21,875 nt of DNA from Paecilomyces variotii (lineage: Eukaryota). Of the stretch, positions 1-13,273 are shown piece by piece (position 1 is the stretch's first letter; every line of letters starts with the position of its first letter). Location: NCBI GenBank assembly GCA_004022145.1, contig RCNU01000003.1; one strand, written 5' to 3'. The notes under the pieces were generated by a model. It saw only the letters and a program-made list of their open reading frames with translations. It had not been told where the DNA came from and searched no databases. The translations under genes and the position numbers were made by a program.

Positions 1-1159
1 TTGCCGACCTTGGGCAGGATCATCGGACATCCTTGCGGCACATGCAAATATGGCTTCGAGAAGTAGAGGTGATATTGAAGCACGCTCCTGCCGCCATTGG
101 CGATAGAGATGAGAACGGTGTACTACAGGAACGTAAGGATGTATATCTGAGAAGTAGATATCGAAATATTTTAGAGCCTCTTCGTCTGAAGGCATGAGTT
201 CAGGAGGAATTCGGATTTTTGAACCGGCCCCGGTACTGAGGGGCGGCAATTTGTCGTCGCTTTCATCGTCGACTGGAGCTTCTGGCTCGCCCATGCCTTT
301 CCTCTGTCGCCTTATGTAGGGTGCTTCGAAATCATCAGCTTCTTTCCCTCGTTACACAAGGCCTATATTGTGTTTGAGAAACTCACCAATTCCAGTCTCG
401 TCAATCTTGAGTTCGCCAAGGGCCTCGCTGAGACCTTCTGCAGTTGACTGTTCTGGGTCGAGGAAAACGCCGCTCTCCGCATTTGCAAGTGGCCGAGATG
501 GAGTCGTCGGGTATACCGCCTGTTGATGATATGGATGCGGCATTGTAAGCTGTGGGTGAACTTCGCTATAAATACTATGCTGGTTTTGAGACGGCACATA
601 TTGCGAGTAGATTCCTAAGGCGCTATTATAAGGTGCGATACCTCCGACCTGATTCGGGCTATTGCTCCCTAGGTTTTGTTGCATAGGGAGGTTCTGGCGC
701 GACGCATCTACCGAATGGGATGTGCCCACGTTATGGGATTCTTGTCCAAGCGCCTGTCCAGTCGCAAGGAAGTCACCATCCTGAGCAATAGTCGGCGGCA
801 CGCAGACCAATTTTAATCGCGTACATGCGGAGCATGGCCAAGTGTTGGTGGTGGCAGCGTCGCATTTGATTTTCCTTTTTCGGCAACCGTTACAAGCTCG
901 CATCACTAAGATGGGATGGTTAGCAAGTAGCCAGAGAATACTTCAGGTCTGATATGGATTCTCGACTGTACCTTTGAGCCTCTTATGTCGATTATGTTCG
1001 TCCACGAAGACATAATCTGCGATAGGTGTCAGCGCTTCATCGCATAACATACTGCCGCGGAATTTCCCGGAAGAAGAGCGGCAATCCGTAAGGGAAAGGC
1101 TCACTCTTTTGTCCCTCCCGTGGAGGCCCGCTTGCTGGCGCAAACGAGTAGTTCTGCAT
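1..1159 (-). CDS. Zn(II)2Cys6 (GAL4-type) fungal transcription factor with downstream fungal-specific TF middle-homology domain; 3' part runs off the window
   Basis: Predicted exons 1159-1105, 1016-972, 905-387, 323-<1. Introns: 1104-1017 (GTGAGC..GCTGAC..CAG), 971-906 (GTACAG..GCTAAC..TAG), 386-324 (GTGAGT..GCTGAT..AAG). Spliced product MQNYSFAPASGPPREGQKNYVFVDEHNRHKRLKVMRACNGCRKRKIKCDAATTNTWPCSACTRLKLVC has a C6 binuclear cluster. Exon 4 encodes RIPPELMPSDEEALKYFDIYFSDIHPYVPVVHR...SPLLLEAIFACA, a typical start of a Fungal_trans region. An in-frame TAA lies two codons upstream of ATG 1159. Confidence 0.9.
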
Positions 1160-2917
1160 CGTTTAACCAAGGGCCTTCTGATATCTAGCCCGGAAAGAGG
1201 CCCCGACTGTCCCCAGATGCAGTGAGTACCGTGTCCCGGAGAGCCAGGAAATAGAATAATTGTCTTTGTGCTGCTCACGGGACTTGCCTCTTCGAAGAGT
1301 CAGAGGGTTGCTGTGACCTTCAGTGGTCGATCACTACGCTGCCCTTGTACTTGCGCTGTCCACTCTCTGGAAAACGTATACGATAATGGATGCTGTCCAA
1401 TTGATATGATACCAGTTGTCGTAATTTCCCATACGGAACCGTACCTCTGCGTGCTGCACATACGGGTAGCCGGGACGAAGAGGGACACGATACCCTGGTT
1501 TCGATCTCGTGGTGTTTTTTTCTCTGTTCTCCCTATTGATGCGAACAGTTTCGCAGCCGGTGCAAGTCGAGATGTGGCCCTCGCGGGAGAGACGTCGCGA
1601 AGTCAAAATGGCGCAAGCTGTGCCCAAGTTGACAGTTCAGGAACGGCACTGATATGCGGGGGGAATTCTGCGGGCTGCGCTCACGAGCGAGAATCAGTAT
1701 GGTGCAAATCGATGGCAGTGTGACGGCGCCATACTGAAAGGAATCAACTTCGAGGCCGACAAAGTATATCCAACTAGGTCGCAGGTACAGTTGCTCCTCC
1801 TCTCGCAGCTGCGCTGACGGCAGGTCAGCTGCCCGCGTAGCCCGATGATGGTCGTCAATATAAATGTGACAAGAAAGGCTTCGAGCCTCGACTTTCCGGA
1901 ATTAGGACCGATTCGGGAACATTGATGGGATATGAGAGACCGCCTAGTAGTGGTTGTGTGCTTGATCCGAAGCGAGAACCCGTTAATGTGATGGCGACGA
2001 GCATAGGATGCTGCAATACACAGCTAGAACTGGTGGGTGGTGATAGTGACTGCACGCGCTGCCCAAAGATGGCGGTGTTAGAGGATCGATCAGATCATCG
2101 GACGGAGTCGCTGCGGGACAGGCGAATGATAAGAAAGGAAGGGATCGCTCCAGAGAGTGAGGGGGGAACTTGTTCGCAGGCAACCTCGGTAGCGGCCAAA
2201 TAGCGTCGCGCGCCCAGCCTGTCTGGAGACTCGAAGCAGTTCGCGAGTGCTCTATTCGAAGTAGCCGATGACGGAGAGACGTCGAGAACGTTTGCGGCGC
2301 AATCGAGAGTGGATGATATTCAGCCGGGATCATTGAATCATTCGTTTTTAAGGATTCAGAGTTCAGACCAACTTATCCAAGGTTTCTTGGCCTGGTTGAA
2401 TCCGCCAAGTGGGTGCGATCGCCCCCAAAGTTCATAATAATGAACCTCTTGCAGGCGCCTTTGTCGCTCAGGGGTCCGTCGCGGCAGATGATGTTAGCAC
2501 TCGCCCCGGCAGGATCTCTCACAAGGGCTAATTATAGGGACCAAGCGTCTGTCCCAAAGCCTGGTTACCTGATGTCGACTAGCACAATCGAATAGCGCCT
2601 GCAAGTGGCAGATCTGAATTCTGAAACCTGTTACAGTATTATTAATGGTCCAGTTCCCGGACCAGCCACCCTCAAATCAAGGAGTTGGCCGCCTTCTTCA
2701 ATGCGGTATATGTCAGGTACGTGATCGAGGTACAAACAAGATATAGCCCAGATGCTTATCTCTCTTGGATCTGCGTGTGGGGGATAAAAGCCTGTTCTCT
2801 GTTGCGCATCAGTATATGATTCTCTAGGATGGCATGCGGGGTTGTAACTGCAAGCTGATCCAAGAGAGACCTATCTCTCTGGGTGGCATTGATGCAAGTC
2901 TGGATACTTACATCGGC

Positions 2918-2943
2918 TTTTTTCTTTTCTTTTTTTTTTTTTT
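2918..2943. repeat. poly(dT)-rich tract in the divergent intergenic region
   Basis: TTTTTTCTTTTCTTTTTTTTTTTTTT seen directly; poly(dA:dT) tracts commonly disfavour nucleosomes in fungal promoters. Confidence 0.6.
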
Positions 2944-3557
2944 ACCGGTAAGATGATGTCTTATCATTATCACTCGTCATCATCTTTTCGATATGTCTCG
3001 ATTGCTCCCTCGATGGGACGACTTGCATTATGAACCAGCTCGCCTTTTGGCGGATGCCGCGCCTCCAGACCTTGGATTGGACATTCGGAGATTGTAGTAG
3101 TTCACAGCAAAACCGGTAGTGCCACGATGAGAATAACGGTGTAAATTGAGGAGATGAATGAGCGTGCAGCGTCGGTGTCTAGAAAGAATTATTTGATTGT
3201 TGTGGTTTGGCTACCATAACAGCCACGGAAGATGACGCCAACTTCTAGCAGGAGCATGTCTACCCATAGCACATTCAGAGAGACCGGGGATCGAAGTCAG
3301 ATGGGAACACACTTTGGTGCTCTTCCAAGTCTAACCCTACTAGCAATTTTCGCTTGGTATCTCCCCAAATGACTTCCCTTTCTCGATGTGTTTGTCCTCA
3401 ATAAATGTTTTGACTGCTGTTCCCGCGCGTCCAAGGTTGTCTATCATTCACCTGACTACTTACCAGCCTTCCACTTCCTGGTATGATGATGGACCCAGGT
3501 TCCAGATCTGTCTAACTACGCTGTTCGTCGATATAAGTTCGAGAATCTGACGCAGAT

Positions 3558-6107
3558 ATGCCAAAACTCAAGCAATTGACGTGCCATGTCGAATGGACAC
3601 CATCAAACACCCCATTTCGTGAATATGGCATCTGCTACGGAGACGGTGTTGTGGAAAGCTACATCGCCATTCCTGCTGGATCTACACCCTTCAGTATCAA
3701 TCTGAGATCGGACGGGTTTATAGCCCCTGGTCTGGCGGCGTTTGTGTTCATAGATGGCGTCTACCAGTGCAATCGATACAGGGGCGATCTCCAAATCAGT
3801 GATAAAGTCAGGATGGATTGCTTGTCAGATACGGTCAACTTTCGAGTTCGTCAGAAGGAGGAACGCCTTCCAGACGGCGGCTGGATGGGGAGACCCTGGA
3901 GGTTTGAGCCGTTGAATATTGGTACCATTTCCCCAGAGGACAGAGACTTCTTGACAAATCTGACAACTACTTTTTCTAGACAACTCTGTAAACGATCCTA
4001 CTTTGTCAAGCCATTTTCGGCATCTCGGAACTATCCATGTGCTAGTATTACGCTGCTTACCGGATACTGGGCTGCCAGACTACGCCGCCTCCGGTTTCGA
4101 TTTGGAGTGTCCAACGTCCCCTGAGTCTGCAACAGCTATCATGAGCGATGATGAATGTATGTGCCCCCTTGGATCTGCGAGCCGTCTATCAAAGCTCATT
4201 GAAATGTAATACAAGCATTGTTTACCCGTCCCTTGCATGGTCAGACCAAAAGCAGAGATCAGACAATTATTCCGCCCTATGCTGGATTCGATGGGCCAGG
4301 TGACATCCCTTATTATAACTCCAGGCAGAGCAGACGATACGACCAATTTCGTCCCAATACGTCTTCCGCTCGTGACGTTAGATCAGAGTTCCGGAGAGGA
4401 TCTGGCGGAATTTCCAGTGATGATTGGAACCAACCCAGACGTGACAGCGATTGGACGGACGTCCCTGTTCGCAAGAAGAGCTCGATCAATCGCTTGGAAA
4501 GAGATCAACGAACAGCAACTACCACGAGCTCTCATCTCTCCTGTCAGTCGGCATTGAGCAGACGGCTAGACACAAACTATGTTCCGGATATTGATCCTTT
4601 CGATTCTGCCAGCAATGCCCCTAATCGAGCGCGTATGGCCCAGTCTCGAATCTCATATGCCCCCAGTGGAACACCAATAGTGGTAAACATTAACCCCATG
4701 CTATCCCCCGAGCAGCGAGTCACTACAAGCAGGGGTCCTGGTTTGCCAGATGAAAGAAGAACAACAACAGGTGACGCCGGCCATGGACATATCGGCTCAA
4801 ACAGGGACAAAGGTTATCAAGAATATAATCTTAGGCGCCGCTATGATGACTCCGAAAAGGACCGAGAATATCAATATGGCCGTAAGGAAGGAAGACGCAA
4901 TATGAAGCATGGAAATGTCCATCCTGCCTCGACCCCTGGAGGCTTCCATTCTAGAGACCATCAGCAGCATGATGGTCGTGATTCTGAGTGGGATAATCAT
5001 GGAGACACGGACCAAGGCGTTGACAACAACTCACCCTCCACCGGCTGGAAACCTAATGGTGAAAGCGGTTTCCTGACTGAAGATAAGGATGAGTGGGGTG
5101 CCAGCAGTCCTCAAATGACGCAGTCCGATGATCAGCAATGGGAACAGGATGCTGATCCTCTGAATAACAACAAAACAGAAGCGGATAATGAATGGGTTCA
5201 AGCTGACACCAATGCCAGTTCCTCCAATAACGAGAGTTTGTTAAAGGAAAAGTCATGGCAACCCGACGCTGGCAATGTCAACGAGGGATATGATTGGGAT
5301 ACCAGCGAGAACCCTAATCAAGACACCATACCCGAGAAACAATCGCATGTGGATGAGCATAGTACCACTATTGGCAATGGTACCTGGACAAGGACCGTTC
5401 AGAGTTCAAGCTCCGGGATTGATGACCAAGATCCCTTATACAGAAACACAGCTGACAACAAGGATAGCCATGGTGCAGAGCCTGGAAGAATTAAAGTGCA
5501 GATCCCGTGCGGCGAAGCTGCGCGGATGCTGCGAGAAAGGCCTGTATTGTGGCAGGGCAATAATCCATTAACCGAGAATGCAGCTCCTTCGCCAGCGTCG
5601 CGACCTCAACAGCTAACCCCTGGTCAGAATTCAATGGTGCTTGTATCTCCACTGGCCACAGGAAGTGACGGGAACGAACCAGCTCTCTATACCGTTCCCC
5701 TATCTGTTGCGCGGTCCGGTTTATTGTCACACCAAGTTCAACTAGGCAGCGCGGCAGAGTACGTACACAAAGTTGGACAGCCGACATATATTGACACCCT
5801 GGAATCACCGTACGCGAAGTTTACCTTCAACTACCGAATTCAAGGTATCTATATACCTCAGTCTTGCTACTATGCCTAGAATAACGTGATTTTTAGGGGC
5901 TATCGAACAGCTGTTGGGAATCAAAATTGAACGCAACTTAGACGAAGAACGCAGAAAATTAGAGAGTGTTTCAAAAGAGGAACTCATAGCTCACATTTTG
6001 CGCACCGAGGTAGTCCAAAACAGCTGATATGGATGGTGTGTGATAAATGCTAATGTCTTTCATAGGGATTATCTGGCGGAAATCACAATATCCCTAGCAA
6101 CTACTAA
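3558..6107 (+). CDS. Uncharacterised fungal protein (~774 aa): beta-rich conserved N- and C-terminal blocks separated by a long low-complexity region
   Basis: Predicted exons 3558-3921, 3980-4156, 4216-5844, 5897-6009, 6066-6107 (2325 nt, frame-consistent). Introns GTACCA..TAG, GTATGT..AAG, GTATCT..TAG, GTAGTC..GCTAAT..TAG join ORFs 3558-4124, 4003-4209 and 4218-5879. Motifs FSINL..AFVFIDG..NFRVRQ, LGTIHVLVLR and YIDTLESPYAKFTFNYR..IEQLLGI. The last exon and stop are less certain. Confidence 0.75.
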
Positions 6108-6561
6108 GGAGGGCTATATTCCCAGTAGCAAGAGACCTCAAACGGTCCAATCCCATCACAACGGGAGGCCCTCGTTCTCCGAATATACCTCACAGGGCTG
6201 TGAACACGGCTGGGAATAGTGGTAGCCATTTGGAAACAGGGAATGGTGGAAGATGACGGGAGTATGGATAAGTCAGCAACGACAGCGATCCTTTGTAATG
6301 AGTGCAGGACATGGGAGTGGATACACGAGCAATGTACAAGAGGCCTTGACGCATGGTGCAGCCTAGTCAAGGTTCCTGGGGGACGGAGCAACCAGATGGG
6401 AGAACGCATGGAGGCGAAACCAAATCATATGGTCCTCCGTCCAACAGTTATGCAAACGTGGTCTCCCAGCAATGGTTGTCAGATTACTATAGATAAAATC
6501 ATAAAATACAGTAATAGCATCCTTCCTATTAGCCTTGCCTCACTTCCTATTGCAAACCCCA

Positions 6562-7830
6562 CTAACATGTAGTCTGAACGGTCTGAGCAGTTTGAGCACT
6601 CCATTCACGCACCTGCTGGTCTGGCCAGTACATATCTTCCTGGACAAAGCTATCCACATCGCTCATATCCTCCGCCTCATCTTCAATATAGTAGGAGTCG
6701 TGTGAGGCTATATCACCAGGATCACAATTGCTGAACAAGGCTTCAGCACCTCCACTTGGAACAGTAAGGCGATGTTATAACGATGTTATAACCACTGTAG
6801 TTCCTATAGCTCTTTGCTGGGCAAAGGTCTCTCCTGAGGATCATCGGTCCGTAAAGTCAAGATGTCGCCAGAACAGGCCTGCTTTTGCGTGTTATAGTCA
6901 AAGAGCATAATATAGTTGATTAACTCTGTCAGATTGCTGGGCAATTGCGGGGTCGTAGTAAGGGCGATATATGTCAGGCGATAGTATGGACGCAGCCAAA
7001 AAGAAAAAAGTTGTATATCCATACTCTTACCATCTTCTGACGCATCCAGAAACTTCAATGCGAAAAGGGCCTTCGACAAATATGCATGAGCACTTGGAGA
7101 TAATGTCGTTAGATTTTCCGGGATTTCAGTGGATTTGTCAGTAAAGATAACATTTCTCCATCCATCAATTTTCTCCTGAGGTCAGAATATTCATGATCTA
7201 CTCCAAAATCAATCTTCCTTAGGAATGGTACCCATAAAGTAGGGATAAATATGCGCCACTTCGACACGCTGTCCGACATGTGTTAAAACACATTCCTGGT
7301 TATATGTTCTAGACACTAAATGATCTGTATTAGTAGATTAAAAGCAATATGAGTTCCGACCGCGGAATATATTCTCTGGAGGAAGTTGACATAATAGACC
7401 CAGGAGCATCTATTGGAGCGAGATCTCGAGAATCGTCGGGATCTCGTAATAAGGCCACACGTTGGTGCGTAGGGGAAACGGGGATGGGATTAGCACTCGC
7501 CTGCTTCTTCCTGGCCGTCCTCTTCAGTTCCTGGTCTGTTGGTTCCCTGATTCATGTATAATTAGCTCCCGTATCGGATTTTGGGTAGGGAGAAATATAC
7601 TTCTTTTAGGAACACGATCTGTGGGTATATCTAAATGACCTCGAAACTCGACTATTCATCTCCGCAAGTGAGACAATTTGTGATAGTGAATCCAGATCCG
7701 ACAACAACCACAATGCAGCCCACATAGCGGGGGTTTACCATGAAGTCCTCTCTAGAAGTTATACGAGAGAGTTGAGTTTGTGGATGAGCGCTTGACGGCC
7801 AAGATCGCTGAATTCCTCGTCCGAAGCCAT
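6562..7830 (-). pseudogene. Degenerate fungal HNH endonuclease gene (HNH_2 / Crinkler-HNH-like)
   Basis: Minus-strand reading from acceptor TTTAG|7315: CLE(H)[frameshift]NQECVLTHVGQRVEVAHIYPYFMGTIPKED*FWSRS*IF*PQEKIDGWRNVIFTDKSTEIPENLTTLSPSAHAYLSKALFALK...SGDILTLRTDDPQERPLPSKEL*ELQWL*HRLTVPSGGAE + acidic tail to TAG 6564-6562. Stops at 7211-7209, 7193-7191, 7184-7182, 6806-6804, 6788-6786, plus an 11-bp duplication frameshift. Putative upstream exon ~7546-7350 and ATG 7830 (MASDEEFSD) are less certain. Confidence 0.8.
6770..6791. repeat. Perfect 11-bp tandem duplication (CGATGTTATAA x2)
   Basis: Copies at 6770-6780 and 6781-6791; removing one restores the HNH pseudogene frame (LQWL*HRLTVPSGGAE). 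Confidence 0.9.
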
Positions 7831-9053
7831 GGTAAGAATGGACTGAGAACTAGCAAGGGAAGATTAAAAGATCGAAAGATTTCTCACAGTTATTCTTGAG
7901 TCACGGCCTTGAAATGGCGACTTGTTTAATAATGGTCTTGATGGGATCTGTTCTGCAAGGACAACGTGAAGTGAAGAAGCTTGAATAGCTGAGATACAGC
8001 AGGCCATAACCGCTATGTAGCATGTGACCATCCTAAATTATTCTTGCTCAAGAGGCATAATATTATTGATTCTCTAATCCTTTGTAAATCGTTAGAGATC
8101 CCGGCAGACTAGCTAGGAGTTCTCCTTTTTGGTCAACTGACAGAAAGCCATCATAAATTATCGAGCATAATAGCTAATAGAGTGAAAGCAGTACTAGATC
8201 AGATTACGCATACCTAGGTAGATTCATTGGCATTTTAATTATTACTAGCGCTGTACAAAAAGTGAATGCATCCCATTCAATGGATATGCTTGCATAGCCA
8301 TGGCAAAGAAGAAAGCCCCGGAACCAACTTCTATCATCCAAGATCTCCCTACAGTTATTGAACAGGAAAAGAATAATCCTAAAGGGGTTTGCAGTCGCAG
8401 TTTATATTCTAAGAACGTAACTTTTTACATGGTGACCATAACTAGTAATAGCTGATATTTATCTTCATTTTATTCTCTACAATCATCCGGACGTAATTAG
8501 CCAGCAAGTTACCAAGAATATCCCGGGCATGAAGAGAGGCCCACTTCTAATTGTAAATAATGGTGTCCTTGCTGAATTAAATATGTTGCCTACATCTAGA
8601 GAAAGAATGTTACAGTAAGCTTTCTCAAGAAAGCCAGAAATAAATCCATATTGTGTCCAGAAATAGATGCCACCGAATCACTTAGAATAATAGATCTTGA
8701 AATATCAAATACATTTAATATGCGAGAGCGACCTTCAGCGGTTTGGGTGAAGCTATGCTCTGATGCTCACCGCCGCCTTAAGCTGCGTTCCGTAGAGCGA
8801 AGTGTACTGTCTATCCTGGAATTCGTGTTCGAATGATCAACAATGGTATGATACTATGTCCCCCTTCTTTATGATACATCGTGAGTAGCATGAGACCAAA
8901 TCATTTGGTACTGATACTTCTGTGATTATCTTGGGCGTAAGCGTAAGTGTACAGTCCCCAAGACCAAGTAACCGAATCTCAAACTGGGTACAAATAGTAC
9001 AAATAACAAGAGTACCCATACAGAAAACCATAATATTTCCCCTGGGTATAAAA

Positions 9054-9937
9054 TTAAAGGAATTTACCCCTCGAAAAGCGAGAGGTATAGTCCGATGACT
9101 TATTAATTATTTCTCTGCGTTTCGCGGAACTTATAGTCCCTGGACCAGCGATGTCTTTCTCTCTATCAAATGGACGAGCACTTGGATCGTCTTGCTCTTT
9201 AGCCGGATTAGACGTCTCCTGGTGTTCTTTATACAGAGCCTTGCGCTGCGACTTGTCCTGTATGATTATCAGTACATAAACTGTATATATATCCATATTT
9301 GATGACTCACACTATATGATTGCAGACGCTTTTCCATGAGTTTATCAGATGCAGATTTGTTGCCGCTGGGCTCCCTCGGGGCACCGGGTGCGGGTTGCTG
9401 GATGCCCATGACCTCGTTCTCCAAACGCTTCCTCTTTTGTTCCGGCGTTTCTGTCCATAGACTACTCGACTTGCCAGACGAGGGTGCGCCTCCAGCACTT
9501 CTACCCGTGTTGAACTTGCGATTACGTAGTTTCGTCGGGTCCACGCGCGAAGTCCAGTCCCCTTGGTCTGGTGGTGCGAGCATCCAGTCATCGCGTTGAT
9601 TTTGAATGGAGACTGGAGGAGAAGCCTGTTGTTCAATTGCACGATTCTTGGCTGCTTCATCATTATCACGGCTAGGACCAGCACGTCCAGACTCAGTGCC
9701 GCCAGGTGGCGGCAGGCTTGGTCCTATGTCATCACTATCATCGCTGCTTTCACTGTCATTTCCATCTTCACTAGCAGACTTGTCCGCAGGCGGAGGAGGC
9801 AGTGATGGCCCAATTGTTCTCGGTCGCTTCCCAGCATCCTCTGTAGTCGTGATAGAATTGCGGTCGCTCAGATCGTGTGCTTCGTATTTGCGTTTTGCGT
9901 TCTTCCCAGCGCCGGTCGAGGCGTTGGCCGAGTTCAT
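9054..9937 (-). CDS. GPALPP motifs-containing protein 1-like (DUF3752), 276 aa
   Basis: Exons 9937-9311 and 9257-9054; intron 9310-9258 (GTGAGT..ACTGAT..CAG). Two IGPSLPP motifs, RDDWMLAPP, SLWTETPEQKRKR, RPFDREKDI and C-terminal SRFSRGKFL are characteristic of the family. Confidence 0.88.
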
Positions 9938-10759
9938 GATGACCGCCGCTACCTAAACTTGGCTTTCGAGATGAGTACCAGGGCGCGCCACTAGTGTTCA
10001 AGGACAACGACAAAAGTTGAATGCTGGCCGCGCTTCGCATAGAAATGGCCTCGGAACTGCGATATGCGGCGGGCTCAAGTACTGTATGTATTTAGAGACC
10101 CTCTCCTGCTAGCCGCATTTAATAGTGAAAAAAGTGGTAGTGGCAGCGGTGGGGAGCTTGCTGAGCTTCCCCGTCCGCATCACCGTTAGCTAAAGAAGGG
10201 AGACCGACAGCCTTAGCCGCTTTATCTCGAGCTACATTATTAGTCCCAGGCCGCACTAGAACGTGCAGTCTCGGGAAAGCTTTATGCTCTAGATTGAATG
10301 ATTGATGGAAATTGAAGTCGCTTTCGACAGAAGTTACCAGGAAATTAAGTGACCACACTCCCTTGATTCTATCGCGAAAGCCTAGGAGTACGCTAGGACA
10401 TAAACATTTATCAGATACTCGTTATTCTATGAGCCATGAGGAGATAGAAGTGAAGAGAACAAAGAGAACAGCGGAAAAGGCAAAAGCCAGACTGAATAAA
10501 AGGAAACCCCGCCAGTATGCCAGACCCATCACATGACTCATGAAAACTGCCAATGCCATAAACATCTTTTTGGCCTGATGTATCTTTTCATCGATGCAAA
10601 AAAAAAAGTCACAAGTATGTAACCGGGTCCTTAAATGAAACTTTTGGGAATAGAGGAACGACCAAATACAACGAATTTCCGCCTGAAGGACGGCCACAGA
10701 GGCTACCATGCTCCTGCAAGAGATGACCCCTTCATGTCGCTAAGCTGAGGAATCACAAA

Positions 10760-13102
<2,343 letters not shown>

Positions 13103-13156
13103 CTTTATAGTATGGTGCACAAAGGCAGATATCCAAGTACTATGAAACGGTACTTT

Positions 13157-13273
13157 GGAAAAGGAGGGGGAAAGGGGGAGAGAAAAAAAGGCTGATAAGG
13201 AGCTGGTTGAGGCGGAAGTTGGATCAACTTTATAGGGAGAAAAGTATGCCCACTCTAGAAATTTTTTTTTTTC
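13157..13273 (-). promoter_or_regulatory. Putative SSB core promoter: RRPE-like element, TATA box and CT-rich tract
   Basis: On minus strand: GAAAAAAAAAAATTTC (13273-13258; resembles RRPE AAAAWTTTT of ribosome-biogenesis genes), TATAAA (13234-13229), then a pyrimidine-rich tract (~13190-13157) typical upstream of transcription starts in filamentous fungi. Confidence 0.5.

Noticed and set aside
1268..2595. Plus-strand ORFs 1268-1723, 1922-2203, 2413-2595 as genes
   Set aside because: Non-ATG starts, no recognisable motifs or codon bias; consistent with chance ORFs in GC-rich upstream DNA.
10135..10270. A-box-like TGGCAGCGGTGG suggesting a tRNA or Pol III gene
   Set aside because: No B-box (GTTCRA) and no cloverleaf found.
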